DNA of 64,000 bases from Anaeromyxobacter sp. Its GTDB lineage: Bacteria > Myxococcota > Myxococcia > Myxococcales > Anaeromyxobacteraceae. The notes beneath the pieces were generated by a model, which did no database searches, was not told the DNA's origin, and saw only the letters and a program-made list of their open reading frames with translations. Position numbers and translations under genes: made by a program. This document shows, piece after piece, positions 12,416 to 22,449 of this stretch (its first letter is position 1; the number at the start of each line of letters is the position of its first letter). The stretch covers positions 32,001 through 96,000 of the forward strand of contig JASGJN010000026.1 in the NCBI GenBank assembly GCA_049840735.1, written 5' to 3'.

Positions 12416-13305
12416 CGTGCCTTGCCCCCCTCGCCCCTCAACACCTTCGCGGCGATCTCATTCCACGCCCGCACCGCCGCGGGGACGTACGGCCCGCGGG
12501 GCCAGATCAGCCCCAGGTCCCAGTTGATGCCCGGCTCGAAGGGGATCACGGCCAGGTCCTCCAGGCGGCGGCAGATGGTCTGGGGCAACAGTGCCACTCC
12601 CAGGTCGGCGCCGGCCAGCGCCGCGATGAAGTCCCACTGCGTGCTTTCGCTGGGGACCTGCGGCGTGAACCCGGCCGCCTTGCAGGCGGCCAGGATGCGG
12701 TCGTGCAGCACGAACTCCGGCCCGTAGAGGATGAGCGGCGTGCCGGACAGGTCGCGCAGGGTGAGCCGCTTGCGCTTCGCCAGCGGGTTGCCGGGGTGGA
12801 CCACCGCGCGCAGCACGTCGTGGACCAGCGGCAGCACCTCGAAGGCGCTCTCGTCGGTGGGCAGCACGGTGACGCCCACGTCCACCGCCCGCGAGGCCAC
12901 CAGCTCCTCCACGCGGCGCGCCCCCTCCTCGCGCAGCTCCAGCGTGACGCCGGGGTAGCGCCGGTGGAACTGCGCGATCACCCGCGGGAAGAAGGGCGCG
13001 CCGATCATGGGCGGCAGCCCCACCACCAGCCGGCCGCGCTTGAGGCCGGCCAGGTCGGTGAGCTCCTCCTCGATGCCGCGCACCGCCGCCAGCACCGCCT
13101 GGGCCCGCTCGAAGACCACCCGTCCCGCGTCGGTGGGAAACACGCGCCGCCCCTCGCGCAGCAGCAGCGGCACCCCCAGCTCCTCCTCCAGCCCCTGCAC
13201 CATCCGGCTCACCGCCGGCTGCGTCACGTGCAGCGCCTCCCCGGCGCGCGTGAACCCACCCAGCCGCACCACCTCCACGAAGGTCCGCAGCGCACGCACG
13301 TCCAC
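12412..13305 (-). CDS. LysR family transcriptional regulator (CidR-like)
   Basis: FTRAGEALHVTQPAVSRMVQGLEEELG HTH; divergent from cidAB; GGAGGAG RBS before GTG at 13305. Confidence 0.92.
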   Translation of the reverse strand: MDVRALRTFVEVVRLGGFTRAGEALHVTQPAVSRMVQGLEEELGVPLLLREGRRVFPTDAGRVVFERAQAVLAAVRGIEEELTDLAGLKRGRLVVGLPPMIGAPFFPRVIAQFHRRYPGVTLELREEGARRVEELVASRAVDVGVTVLPTDESAFEVLPLVHDVLRAVVHPGNPLAKRKRLTLRDLSGTPLILYGPEFVLHDRILAACKAAGFTPQVPSESTQWDFIAALAGADLGVALLPQTICRRLEDLAVIPFEPGINWDLGLIWPRGPYVPAAVRAWNEIAAKVLRGEGGKAR

Positions 13306-13321
13306 GTCCGGGCTCCTCCCT

Positions 13322-13360
13322 CCATGCGAAACGCGCATGGAAGCCATGAGAAAGATGCAT
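13322..13360. promoter_or_regulatory. LysR-type binding sites (T-N11-A)
   Basis: CCATGCG-AAACG-CGCATGG palindrome (13322-13340) and a second ATG-N9-CAT (13346-13360) between divergent lysR and cidA. Confidence 0.7.
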
Positions 13361-13396
13361 TTCCATCATAGCGCCGCGACGGCTAGATTCGCCCCT

Positions 13397-13448
13397 GGCC
13401 TTCGACTCCGGGCCCGCTGGAAGCGGGCCCTACGCGCAGGCCGAACGG
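13397..13448 (-). repeat. REP-like palindrome copy
   Basis: GGCCTTCGACTCC-GGGCCCGCT..AGCGGGCCC-TACGCGCAGGCCGAACGG. Confidence 0.9.
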
Positions 13449-13457
13449 ACGCCTTCG

Positions 13458-13883
13458 ATGAAGCTGCTTGTTCGCCACCTCCGCCGCCTCCTCCAGATCG
13501 GGCTCCTCCTGCCGTTCTGGGGCGTGGGCGTGTGGGTGGCGCCGCACCTCCCGATCCCCATCCCCGGCAGCCTGGTGGGCACCGGGCTCCTGCTGATCGC
13601 GCTGCAGCTGCGCTGGGTCCGGCCGGAGTGGCTGGAGGACGGCTCGAGCTGGCTGTTCCGGCACATGCTCCTCTTCTTCATCCCCGCCGCGCTGGGCGTG
13701 GTCAGCTTCCCTGAGCTGCTCGGCCCAGCCGGCCTGCGGGCGGTGGCGGTCATCGCGGTGAGCACGGTCGCCGTGATGACCGTCACCGGCGCGGCGGTGG
13801 AGTGGGTAGGGCGGCGGCGGTCCCGGAGCACGGCCGGGACCCCGTCGCCCGTCCACGTCCTGCCGGCCGGGGGCGAGCGGTGA
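13458..13883 (+). CDS. CidA/LrgA family holin-like protein
   Basis: PIPGSLVG, MLLFFIPAALGVV, four TM helices. Confidence 0.9.
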   Translation: MKLLVRHLRRLLQIGLLLPFWGVGVWVAPHLPIPIPGSLVGTGLLLIALQLRWVRPEWLEDGSSWLFRHMLLFFIPAALGVVSFPELLGPAGLRAVAVIAVSTVAVMTVTGAAVEWVGRRRSRSTAGTPSPVHVLPAGGER

Positions 13884-14560
13884 GCGCCGCGCTCCTCTGG
13901 CTGGCGCTGACGCTGGCGCTCTACGCCGCCGCGCGCTGGCTGCACCGGCGCTTCCCCCGCCCCTGGCTCTCGCCGCTGCTGGTGGTGCCGGTGGTGATGG
14001 TGGCCGGGCTGCTGGCGCTGCACGTTCCCTACCCGGCGTACATGAAGGGCGGGCGCTGGCTGCTGGACCTGCTCGGCCCCACCACGGTGGCCTTCGCGGT
14101 CCCGCTGTATCGCCACCGCGCGCTCCTGCGCCGGCATGCGGTCGAGGTGGCGGCGGGCGTCGCCACCGGCTGCACCGTGGCGGTGCTCAGCTCGGTGGCG
14201 CTGGCCCGCTGGATCGGCCTGCCCGAGCTGGTGGCCCGCAGCATGGCGACCCGCTCCATCACCACGCCGCTGGCCATGGTGGCCGCCGGCACGCTCGGCG
14301 CGGCGCCGGCCCTGGCCGCCGTGTTCGTGGTGGTGACCGGCGTGGTGGGCGCGGTCGTGGGGGCCCTGCTGGTGCACCGGCTGCCGCTCCGCAGCCCCAT
14401 CGCCCGCGGCGCGCTGCTGGGCATGGGCGCCCACGGTGCCGGGACGCAGCGGGCCATGGAGCTGGGGCCGGTCGAGGGCACCATCGCCAGCCTGGTGATG
14501 ATCGTGGCCGGTCTCACCGTGGTGGTGGTGGCGCCGCTGATCGCGCCCTGGCTCGGCTAG
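13880..14560 (+). CDS. CidB/LrgB family protein
   Basis: LLGPTTVAFAVPLY, RSITTPLAM, GAHGAGT; GTGA overlap with cidA. Confidence 0.92.
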   Translation: MSAALLWLALTLALYAAARWLHRRFPRPWLSPLLVVPVVMVAGLLALHVPYPAYMKGGRWLLDLLGPTTVAFAVPLYRHRALLRRHAVEVAAGVATGCTVAVLSSVALARWIGLPELVARSMATRSITTPLAMVAAGTLGAAPALAAVFVVVTGVVGAVVGALLVHRLPLRSPIARGALLGMGAHGAGTQRAMELGPVEGTIASLVMIVAGLTVVVVAPLIAPWLG

Positions 14561-14657
14561 GCGGCCGAGCCGCACCCGCAGCGCCCGCCCGGCTGCCTGT
14601 GGCTTCCGGCCGCCCGGCCGGTTAGTCCTCTGGTCAACGCTCGCCCGGAGGACACCG

Positions 14658-16229
14658 ATGGCCCGTGCCGCACGCCCGCTCGCCGCCTCGCTCGCGCTGC
14701 TCTTCTCCGCCTGCTCCGGCAGCAGCGGAGGCGGCGGCGGGACCGAGCCCGCCTACGGCACGCCGGCGCTGCTCTGGGCGCACGGCGGCTGCTTCGGCAG
14801 CTGGTGCCAGACCGGCTGGTACGGCTCGCCGGCGGTGGCCGACCTGGACGGCGACGGCACGCCGGAGGTGATCTGGGGGAGCTACGACGTGGTGGCGCTC
14901 TCCTCGTCCGACGGCAGCCTGCGCTGGCGGGCGGCCGGTGGCTCGCGCGTCTTCGCCAGCGTGGCGGTGGCGGACGTGGACGCCGACGGCGAGCCGGAGG
15001 TGATCGCCGGGCGCGGCGGGGACGAGCTGACGGCCTACCAGGCGGACGGGTCGCTGGCGTGGACGGTCCACCCGTTCGGCGCCGGCGAGGTCCGCACGCT
15101 GGCGGTGGGCGACCTGGACGACGACGGCGCGCCGGAGATCGTCGTAGGCCGGGCGGGCGCCGGGGACGTGGAGCAGCTCTCGGCGTTCACCGGCGCCGGC
15201 GCGCTGGTGCCGGGCTGGCCGGCGCGGCGCGACGGGGAGGCCGGGTACGGCTGGGGCATGTACAACCAGAACGTGGCGCTGGGTGACCTGGACGGGAACG
15301 GGACGCTGGAGGTGATCGGCCCCACCGACACGCACTACGTCACCGCGCTGGACCACGCCGGGGATCAGCTCACCGTGAACGCCCGCTACGCGCCGCAGAC
15401 GGTGTGGAGCGAGGTGGGGCTCAACGTGGACGACGCGGCCGACCTGCGCGGCTGGACCGACTGCGCCACCGAGCGGCGCGGCAACTTCGCGCTCAGCGCG
15501 CCCGCCATCGGCGACCTGGACGGCGACGGCGTGCCGGAGATCGTGGTGGTGGGCGACGTCTACGACTGCGACGCGGATCCGTACCGGAGCCTCTACCAGA
15601 TGCCCTGGGTGCTGGAGCCGGACCGCAGCCGCTTCGCCGGCGGCCCCTACGACTGGACCGTCCTGCCGGCGCCGGAGGGGAGCGCGGGGCCGCGCGCGCA
15701 GGACTACGACGTGATCGAGGACGCCACGGCCAACGCAGTGCTGGCCGACTTGGACGGCGACGGGGAGCGCGAGATCCTCTACGCGTCCTACGACGGCCGG
15801 GTGCACGCGCTCTGGCTGGACCGGCAGGAGCACGGGAGCTGGCCCTACGCGGTGCCGGGCGCTGGCGTCCACTTCGCGTCCGAGCCGGCGGTGGCCGACC
15901 TGGACGGCGACGGCCAGGCCGAGGTGATCGTCACGACCTGGGGAGAGAAGGCGCGCCACGAGAGCGGCTCGCTGCTGATCCTCGACCACCAGGGCCACCT
16001 GAAGCGCTCGGTGGCGCTGCCTGCCTCCTTCCCGGCCGGCGGCTGGAACGGCGGGCTTGGCGCGCCCACGGTGGCCAACATCGACGCCACGCCCGAGCTC
16101 GAGATCGTGGTCGGGACCTCGGCCTCCGGCGTGGTGGCGTACGCGGTCCCGGGCTCGGCCGGAGGGACCATTCTTTGGGGCACCGGCAGAGGGAACCTGA
16201 ACAGGACGGGCACACCCGTCCAGCCCTGA
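14658..16229 (+). CDS. FG-GAP/VCBS repeat beta-propeller lipoprotein
   Basis: LFSAC lipobox; repeated ADLDGDGxPE(V/I) motifs. Confidence 0.85.
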   Translation: MARAARPLAASLALLFSACSGSSGGGGGTEPAYGTPALLWAHGGCFGSWCQTGWYGSPAVADLDGDGTPEVIWGSYDVVALSSSDGSLRWRAAGGSRVFASVAVADVDADGEPEVIAGRGGDELTAYQADGSLAWTVHPFGAGEVRTLAVGDLDDDGAPEIVVGRAGAGDVEQLSAFTGAGALVPGWPARRDGEAGYGWGMYNQNVALGDLDGNGTLEVIGPTDTHYVTALDHAGDQLTVNARYAPQTVWSEVGLNVDDAADLRGWTDCATERRGNFALSAPAIGDLDGDGVPEIVVVGDVYDCDADPYRSLYQMPWVLEPDRSRFAGGPYDWTVLPAPEGSAGPRAQDYDVIEDATANAVLADLDGDGEREILYASYDGRVHALWLDRQEHGSWPYAVPGAGVHFASEPAVADLDGDGQAEVIVTTWGEKARHESGSLLILDHQGHLKRSVALPASFPAGGWNGGLGAPTVANIDATPELEIVVGTSASGVVAYAVPGSAGGTILWGTGRGNLNRTGTPVQP

Positions 16230-16376
16230 TCCAGCTCAGGTGCTGGGGGGCGCTCCCGACCCCCGGTCTACGCACCCCCCTCTCCTCGGGGGTGAACCGA
16301 GAGCGTAACCCCTCGGACGTACGGCGGGTTTAGACGCCCTCGCGATCGGCGGGGGAGTTGCAGTACAAGGTGCGCT

Positions 16377-17783
16377 GTGGAGGGGACCTCACTAGGAGCG
16401 CCCGTGACCGGCGCCCAGACGCTCTCAGGCGCGGTGCTGTCGGCCGTCGCCGAGGTGCGCTGGCGCAACGCCGTGGTGGTGGGCTGGGCCCGCCTGGCGC
16501 TGCGCGGCGTGCTGATCGGGATCTACCTCGTGGCCTGGTTCAGCCAGGGCGAGGGCGGGATCTTCCGTACCCCATTGCTGGTGGGTGGGCTGCACTTCGC
16601 AGCCGGCGTCGCCGCGCTGGTGCTGCTCTACCGGCGCTGGCACGTGCCGGCGGTCACGCTGGTGGCGGCGCTGGTGGACTTCGCGGTGATCAGCTGGGCC
16701 GGCTGGGCCGGCAGCAACCCCGCCGACAGCGACGCCCTGCTCAACGCGGCCTACATGACGGCCGCCATCCAGACCATCGTGGCGTTCGCGGCGGTGGCGC
16801 TGCCCACCTCGCAGGGGCGCTGGATCGCGCTCCTGGGCGTGGCGTTCCCGATGGTGATGGGCAGCCGCGCCGGGATGGAGCCCTGGCTGATCCTGACCCT
16901 CACGGTGGTGACGGCCGCCTTCGCCTTCGTGGTGCTCTGGACCGGCCTGCGCATGGTGCGCATGGCCGCCAGCATGGCCTGGGAGACCACCTCCGGCCAG
17001 ACGCTCCGCCAGCACGCGGCCGAGCTGGAGAAGATGAACGCCGAGGTGGCCGCCCAGCGCGACCAGCTCGTGCGCGCCCAGGGCGAGGCCGAGGTCCTGA
17101 CGCAGCTCATCGTCCACGACCTCAAGAACCCGCTGGCCTCGATGCTCCAGTACCTGGCCATCGCCGAGGCCGAGCTGCAGGCCATGCCGGGCACCGAGCC
17201 GCAGATCCAGCACATCCAGCACGCCGGCGACGAGGGTGTGCGGCTGGCCAAGCTGATCGGCGACCTGCTGCTGCTGCACCGGCTGGAGCGCGGCGCGGTG
17301 CAGCCCAAGCGCGAGCCGGTGCCGATGCAGCTCCTGCTCAACGGCGTGGCCCGCTCCTTCGCCTCCCGCGCGGTGGACCGCGGCGTGAAGATCAGCATCG
17401 GCGGCGACGAGGACCTGGTGGTCCAGCTGGACCTCGACCTGGTGCAGCGGCTGCTGGAGAACCTGGTGGCGAACGCCCTGCGCCACGTCCGCCGCGGGGA
17501 CCTCATCAGCCTGGAGGCGGTGGCCGAGGGCGAGCAGATCCGCCTCTCGGTGCGCAACAGCGGCCCGCCGGTGCCGGAGAACATCCGGCCCAGGCTCTTC
17601 GAGCGCTACGCCACCGAGGGCGTCCGCGAGTGGCACAACGCCGGGCTGGGCCTGTACCTGTGCCGCCTGGTGGCCGAGGCCCACGGCGGCTCGATCGCGC
17701 TGGTGGATCGGCCGGAGTGGCCGGTGTCCTTCGAGGCCATCGTCCCCGCGCCGGGCGCGCTCGAGGCGAAGACCGCCGCGTGA
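16377..17783 (+). CDS. Membrane sensor histidine kinase (orphan)
   Basis: About six TM helices, HDLKNPL H-box, NLVANAL N-box, GLGLYLC G-box. Confidence 0.9.
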   Translation: MEGTSLGAPVTGAQTLSGAVLSAVAEVRWRNAVVVGWARLALRGVLIGIYLVAWFSQGEGGIFRTPLLVGGLHFAAGVAALVLLYRRWHVPAVTLVAALVDFAVISWAGWAGSNPADSDALLNAAYMTAAIQTIVAFAAVALPTSQGRWIALLGVAFPMVMGSRAGMEPWLILTLTVVTAAFAFVVLWTGLRMVRMAASMAWETTSGQTLRQHAAELEKMNAEVAAQRDQLVRAQGEAEVLTQLIVHDLKNPLASMLQYLAIAEAELQAMPGTEPQIQHIQHAGDEGVRLAKLIGDLLLLHRLERGAVQPKREPVPMQLLLNGVARSFASRAVDRGVKISIGGDEDLVVQLDLDLVQRLLENLVANALRHVRRGDLISLEAVAEGEQIRLSVRNSGPPVPENIRPRLFERYATEGVREWHNAGLGLYLCRLVAEAHGGSIALVDRPEWPVSFEAIVPAPGALEAKTAA

Positions 17784-17875
17784 CGGTCCGGGCCGGCGAG
17801 GCCGGCCTGAACCGCCCCTGGCGCCGAGCGCGGCACTTCCAGCCATTCCGGTCCGAGATGCCTTTCAGTGGCCTT

Positions 17876-17908
17876 CCGCTCGCCCTGAGCCCGTCGAAGG
17901 GCGAGCGG
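17876..17908 (+). repeat. Short-form REP-like palindrome
   Basis: CCGCTCGCCCT-GAGCCCGTCGA-AGGGCGAGCGG, nearly identical to 8807-8839. Confidence 0.85.
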
Positions 17909-18015
17909 GCTCGCGCTCGGGCCGTGTGGCTGGAGCTCGTCCGTCGAGTGCCCGGCGAGTTGCTCACGCAGGGTCACCGGCGGCGCCGCCCCCTCGGGAA
18001 GCGCACCTCATCCCG

Positions 18016-18031
18016 CATAATGTGATACATT
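18016..18031 (+). promoter_or_regulatory. Putative -10 and autoregulatory operator of the TA operon
   Basis: CATAAT overlapping the AATGT-GAT-ACATT inverted repeat just upstream of the toxin start. Confidence 0.5.
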
Positions 18032-18038
18032 TGTCGTC

Positions 18039-18314
18039 ATGAGGTTCGACTGGGATCCGGAAAAGGCGGCGTCGAACCTGATGAAGCACGGCGTGTCCTT
18101 CGAGGAGGCGGCGTCGGTCTTCGCAGATCCGCTCGCGCTCTATGGGGAGGATCCTGACCATCCGGGGCGGACGCGCGTGATCGGTGCATCCGCCCGACGA
18201 AGGCTCCTCTTCTGCGTGTTCGTCGAGCGCGACGAACACGCGTTTCGCATCATCAGTGCTCGCAGGGTCACGGCGCACGAAAGGAGACGGTATGAAGAAG
18301 GCACCGAAGCGTGA
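18039..18314 (+). CDS. brnT: BrnT family type II toxin (RNase)
   Basis: FDWDPEKAASNLMKHGVSFEEAASVF...RIISARR. Confidence 0.92.
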   Translation: MRFDWDPEKAASNLMKHGVSFEEAASVFADPLALYGEDPDHPGRTRVIGASARRRLLFCVFVERDEHAFRIISARRVTAHERRRYEEGTEA

Positions 18315-18594
18315 CAGGCCGTCCGCTGCGTCGCTGAAGGAGATGCCCGAAGCGGACTTCTCCAAGCAGAAATGGGAACGGCGGCCGCAGATCGCCGCCC
18401 GCATCGCTGCGGAGGGCATGACGCTTCCCGGGCGCGGACGGCCGCGCAAGGGACAGGAGGTTGGGCCGTCGGTGATGAAGACGGTCCGCTTTCCGAAGAC
18501 GTTCTGGGACCAGCTGGAGAAGCGCGCCAGGTCGAGGAACCTGACCGTCCACGCTGCCATCCGGCTCGCGCTGGCTGAATGGGTCGGGCGGTGA
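18292..18594 (+). CDS. Cognate antitoxin (BrnA/CopG ribbon-helix-helix-like)
   Basis: Overlaps the toxin 3' end, AGGAG RBS, GRGRP motif followed by RHH-like KTVRFPKTFWDQLEKRA. Confidence 0.8.
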   Translation: MKKAPKRDRPSAASLKEMPEADFSKQKWERRPQIAARIAAEGMTLPGRGRPRKGQEVGPSVMKTVRFPKTFWDQLEKRARSRNLTVHAAIRLALAEWVGR

Positions 18595-18614
18595 GAGGGG
18601 AAGCGGGGTCTGCC

Positions 18615-18964
18615 ATGGAGCTGGTCGAGGCGCAAAGACAGGCACTGGCGGAGATCCGGGCGCTCGTTGCGGCCTTCCTCGCGGGGGAGCTGGAGGCGCC
18701 GGAGTTCATCCCGCGCTTCGGCGCGCTGTTCGCGCCGTTCGACCCCCCTGACTGGGCAGCGCGGAACCTCACCGAGCAGGACAAGGCAGATCTGGATGTC
18801 TTCATCCTGGTGAACGGGGGTGGTTCGGAGAGCATCGCGCCCGCATTCCGCTCCGCAGGGAGTGGACGTATGGCGTGGATTCGGACCCCTACAGCTGGAT
18901 AGACGGACCCGCGTATCGTGAATGGATCCGCGGCGTGCTGGCGGAGTCGGGTGTGCGTGTCTAG
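18615..18964 (+). CDS. Small hypothetical protein, possibly an immunity-protein-like; frameshift in G-run 18816-18820
   Basis: N-terminal LVAAFLAGELEAPEF; adding one G continues into GWFGEHRARIPLRREWTYGVDSDPYSWIDGPAYREWIRGVL..stop. Confidence 0.5.
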
Positions 18965-19017
18965 GCCGAAGCCCTGACTGCTGCTCGTCCGCTCTGATCA
19001 GGAGCGGTGCACGCTCC

Positions 19018-20436
19018 CTACCCGATCACCTTCAGCCCGCCCCTGCCCTTGCCCTTCTTCGGCGCGGCGGGCGGCTTGGGAGGCAGCGGCTTGCGCGCGC
19101 GGGTCTCGTCGCGCTTCACCACCCGGCCGACCAGGTCGTAGTCGGACGCGTCGGTGATCTCGAGGGTGACGATCTCGCCGGGGAAGGCGACGCCGTCATT
19201 GATGTAGGTGATGCCGTCGATCTCCGGCGCCTGCTGGGCGTGGCGGCCGGCCAGGAGGTGCTCGGTCTCCTCCGACTTGCCCTCCACCAGCACCTCGACC
19301 TGGCGGCCGATCATGGCCTGCTGGTGGTCGCGGGAGATCTCGCGCTGGATGGACATGATCCGCTCCCAGCGCTCGCGCTTCAGCTCCGCCGGCAGCTGCC
19401 CCTCCATCTCGGCGGCGGGGGTGCCGTCCTCCGGCGAGTACTCGAAGACGCCCAGCCGCTCGAAGCGCTGCTCCTCCACGAAGCCGAGCAGGTCCTCGAA
19501 GTCCTCCTCGGTCTCGCCCGGGAGCCCGACGATGAGCGAGGTGCGCAGCGCCAGGCCGGGCACGCGCTCGCGCAGGCGGGCCAGCAGGTCGCGCAGGAAG
19601 ACCGAGTCCCGCCCGCGCTTCATCGACCGGAGCAGCCGGTCGGAGGAGTGCTGGAGCGGCATGTCCAGGTACTTCACGATCTTCTGCTCGCCCGCCATCA
19701 CGTCCATCAGCGCCGGCGGGACGTCGCGCGGGTAGGCGTAGTGCAGCCGGATCCAGCGGACGCCGTCCACCTTGCACAGCTCGGGCAGCAGGTGGTGCAA
19801 CCGGACCTTGCCCGGCAGGTCGTAGCCGTAGGCGGTGAGGTCCTGGGCCACCAGCGAGAGCTCGACCGTCCCCTGGGCGGCCAGGGCGGCGGCCTCGGCC
19901 AGGATGTCGTCCACCGATCGCGAGCGCTGCGGGCCGCGCAGCTTGGGGATGATGCAGAAGGCGCAGGCGTTGTCGCAGCCCTCGGAGATCTTGAGGTACG
20001 CGGTGTGCGAGGGGAGCGAGTTGACGCGCGGGGTCGAGGCGGAGTGGACGAAGTCCGGGTCCGGCACCACCAGGCGGCGGGCCTGCGCGTCGGAGACGAT
20101 CTGGGCCACGTCCTGGTAGGCGCCGGTGCCCAGGAAGTGGTCCACCTCCGGCAGCTCGGCCGCCAGCTCGTCCGCGTGACGCTGGACCAGGCAGCCGGTC
20201 ACCACCAGCTTCTTGCAGCGGCCGGAGCGCTTCAGCTCGGCCAGCTCGACGATGGCCTCGACCGACTCCTCCTTGGCGCTCTCGATGAAGCCGCAGGTGT
20301 TGACCACCACCACCTCGGCCTGGGCGGGATCCTGGACCAGCCGGTAGCCGGCCTGGGACAGGGTGCCGAGCATCACCTCGGAGTCGACCCGGTTCTTGGG
20401 GCAGCCGAGCGTGTGCATGTAGACGCGAGTAGCCAT
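19018..20436 (-). CDS. rimO: Ribosomal protein S12 methylthiotransferase
   Basis: [24 protein letters not shown], radical-[21 protein letters not shown] region. Confidence 0.95.
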   Translation of the reverse strand: MATRVYMHTLGCPKNRVDSEVMLGTLSQAGYRLVQDPAQAEVVVVNTCGFIESAKEESVEAIVELAELKRSGRCKKLVVTGCLVQRHADELAAELPEVDHFLGTGAYQDVAQIVSDAQARRLVVPDPDFVHSASTPRVNSLPSHTAYLKISEGCDNACAFCIIPKLRGPQRSRSVDDILAEAAALAAQGTVELSLVAQDLTAYGYDLPGKVRLHHLLPELCKVDGVRWIRLHYAYPRDVPPALMDVMAGEQKIVKYLDMPLQHSSDRLLRSMKRGRDSVFLRDLLARLRERVPGLALRTSLIVGLPGETEEDFEDLLGFVEEQRFERLGVFEYSPEDGTPAAEMEGQLPAELKRERWERIMSIQREISRDHQQAMIGRQVEVLVEGKSEETEHLLAGRHAQQAPEIDGITYINDGVAFPGEIVTLEITDASDYDLVGRVVKRDETRARKPLPPKPPAAPKKGKGRGGLKVIG

Positions 20437-20610
20437 GGAGGGCGCGGGATCTAACAGACCGGACCGCCCCCGGCAATCCGGCCACCGGCGTACCCGCCCG
20501 CGCGTCCCGCCGCACACGCCCGGGCGTGTCCGTCCAGCCACCACACCGCCGAAACCGCCCATTTACCGGGGCACGCCGCCTCGGCCCGCCGCTTGCTCAA
20601 GGGCGGCGGC

Positions 20611-21894
20611 ATGCGACGACTGCTTGCGATCGGGTTCATCTGGCTCTGCTGCGCGGCCGCCTGGGGCATCCTGGGCGCCACACTCCTCGTCCGGAGCCAG
20701 GGCTCCACGAGCGGCATGGACCACCAGGTCCGGCAGCTCTGGGGACCGCCGCTGGTCCAGGCGCCCCCCTCGGCCAGCTGGACCGAGGTGCGGCGCGAGA
20801 AGCGGCCGGAGCGGCGCGTGGACGAGTCCAACAACACGGTCGTCACGGTGATGACCGAGGCGGACGTCACCACCACCACCCCGCTGCCGCTGGAGGCCTC
20901 GGACCTGCACGCCGCGCTCGACCTGGAGCACCGGAAGAAGGGGCTGGTCTGGTTCCCCACCTACGGCGTCCAGTTCGACGGGCGCTACACCTTCCACAAC
21001 CCGGACGCGGTGGCGCGCGAGGCGACCGTCCGGATCCCGGTGGTGCAGGGCGTCACCTACGACGGCTTCACCGTGAAGGGCGCCGACGGCACGCCCATCG
21101 AGGTGGCGTTCGAGGACGGCGAGGCGGTCTTCAAGCGCGTGCTGGCGCCGGGCGCCACGCTGCCCTTCACCGTCGGTTACCGCACCCGCGGCACCGCCCG
21201 CTGGAGCTACGGCCTGGAGGACCACGGCCTGGGCCCGGAACAAGGGCGGGCCCGGCACTTCAAGCTGGTGGTGGACACCAACTTCGAGAACGTGGACTTC
21301 CCGGCCGTGGGGCTCTCGCCCTCCGCGCACCAGGCCACGGGCGGCCGCTGGCAGGGCACCTGGGAGTTCGAGCAGATCGTCGGCACCAAGCCCGTCGCGG
21401 TGGAGCTGCCGCAGAAGCTCAACCCCGGCCCGCTGGCCGCCAAGATCACCTTCTTCGCGCCGGTGTCGCTGCTCTTCTTCATCTTCGTGACCGGGATGCT
21501 GCTGGCGGCGCGCCGCCGCTCGATCCACCCGGTGAACTACTTCCTGCTGGCCTGCGCCTTCTTCTCCTTCCACCTGCTCTTCGCCTACCTGATCGACCAC
21601 CTCGAGGTGGGCGTCTCCTTCGCCCTGGCCTCGCTGGTCTCGATCGCGCTGGTGGTGAGCTACGCGCGGCTCTTCGTGGGCTGGGGGCTGGCGGTGAAGC
21701 AGCTGGGCGTCTCGCAGCTGCTCTACCTGGTGCTCTTCTCCTTCAGCTTCTTCTGGGACGGGTTCACCGGCCTGGCCATCACCATCGGGGCCATCGCCAC
21801 GCTCTTCGTGGTGATGCAGCTGACCGGCAAGCTGGACTGGACCGAGGTGCTGGCGCGCAAGCCGGAGCCCGCGCCGCAGCCGCCGCCGCTGTAG
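20611..21894 (+). CDS. CreD-like inner membrane protein
   Basis: N-terminal TM, WG..QAPP, periplasmic domain, C-terminal six TM helices with IHPVNYFLL..FHLLFAYL. Confidence 0.7.
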   Translation: MRRLLAIGFIWLCCAAAWGILGATLLVRSQGSTSGMDHQVRQLWGPPLVQAPPSASWTEVRREKRPERRVDESNNTVVTVMTEADVTTTTPLPLEASDLHAALDLEHRKKGLVWFPTYGVQFDGRYTFHNPDAVAREATVRIPVVQGVTYDGFTVKGADGTPIEVAFEDGEAVFKRVLAPGATLPFTVGYRTRGTARWSYGLEDHGLGPEQGRARHFKLVVDTNFENVDFPAVGLSPSAHQATGGRWQGTWEFEQIVGTKPVAVELPQKLNPGPLAAKITFFAPVSLLFFIFVTGMLLAARRRSIHPVNYFLLACAFFSFHLLFAYLIDHLEVGVSFALASLVSIALVVSYARLFVGWGLAVKQLGVSQLLYLVLFSFSFFWDGFTGLAITIGAIATLFVVMQLTGKLDWTEVLARKPEPAPQPPPL

Positions 21895-21911
21895 CCGGCC
21901 GGGAGGACGCC

Positions 21912-22340
21912 ATGGACGTGCGGGTGATGCGGTCAGACGATCTGGCGCGGGTGCAGGCCCTGGCGGCGCAGCTGGGCTACCCGGTGGCGCAGGCGGCGCT
22001 GGAGGAGCGGTTCGCCGAGCTCTCCGGCCGCGCCGAGCACCTGCTGCTGGTGGCGCTGGAGCGCGGCGTGGTGGTGGGCTGGCTGCACGCCTTCACCACC
22101 GCCCCCATCTACCTGGCTGCCTTCGCCGAGGTGGCCGGCCTGGTGGTGGACGAGGCCCACCGCGGCCGCGGCGCCGGGGCCGCCCTGATGCACGAGGCCG
22201 AGCGCTGGGCGGCGCGCTGGCAGCTGGGCGAGGTCCGGCTGCGCAGCGCCGTGCACCGCGAGCAGGCGCATCGGTTCTACGAGCGGCTCGGCTATGCGCG
22301 GGTGAAGACGCAGCACACGTTTGTGCGGGGGGTGGGATAG
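21912..22340 (+). CDS. GNAT family N-acetyltransferase
   Basis: LVVDEAHRGRGAGAALM, AHRFYERLGY; GGAGG RBS. Confidence 0.9.
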   Translation: MDVRVMRSDDLARVQALAAQLGYPVAQAALEERFAELSGRAEHLLLVALERGVVVGWLHAFTTAPIYLAAFAEVAGLVVDEAHRGRGAGAALMHEAERWAARWQLGEVRLRSAVHREQAHRFYERLGYARVKTQHTFVRGVG

Positions 22341-22449
22341 GGCGGGGATCAGCGGGCCGGACTCCCTCCCGGCCTGCTGGTCCCCGCGCCTGCGTGGCGC
22401 TGGACCGCCTTCGCCCCCCGGGCAACAATGGCTGCGGGGAGGGGCAACC

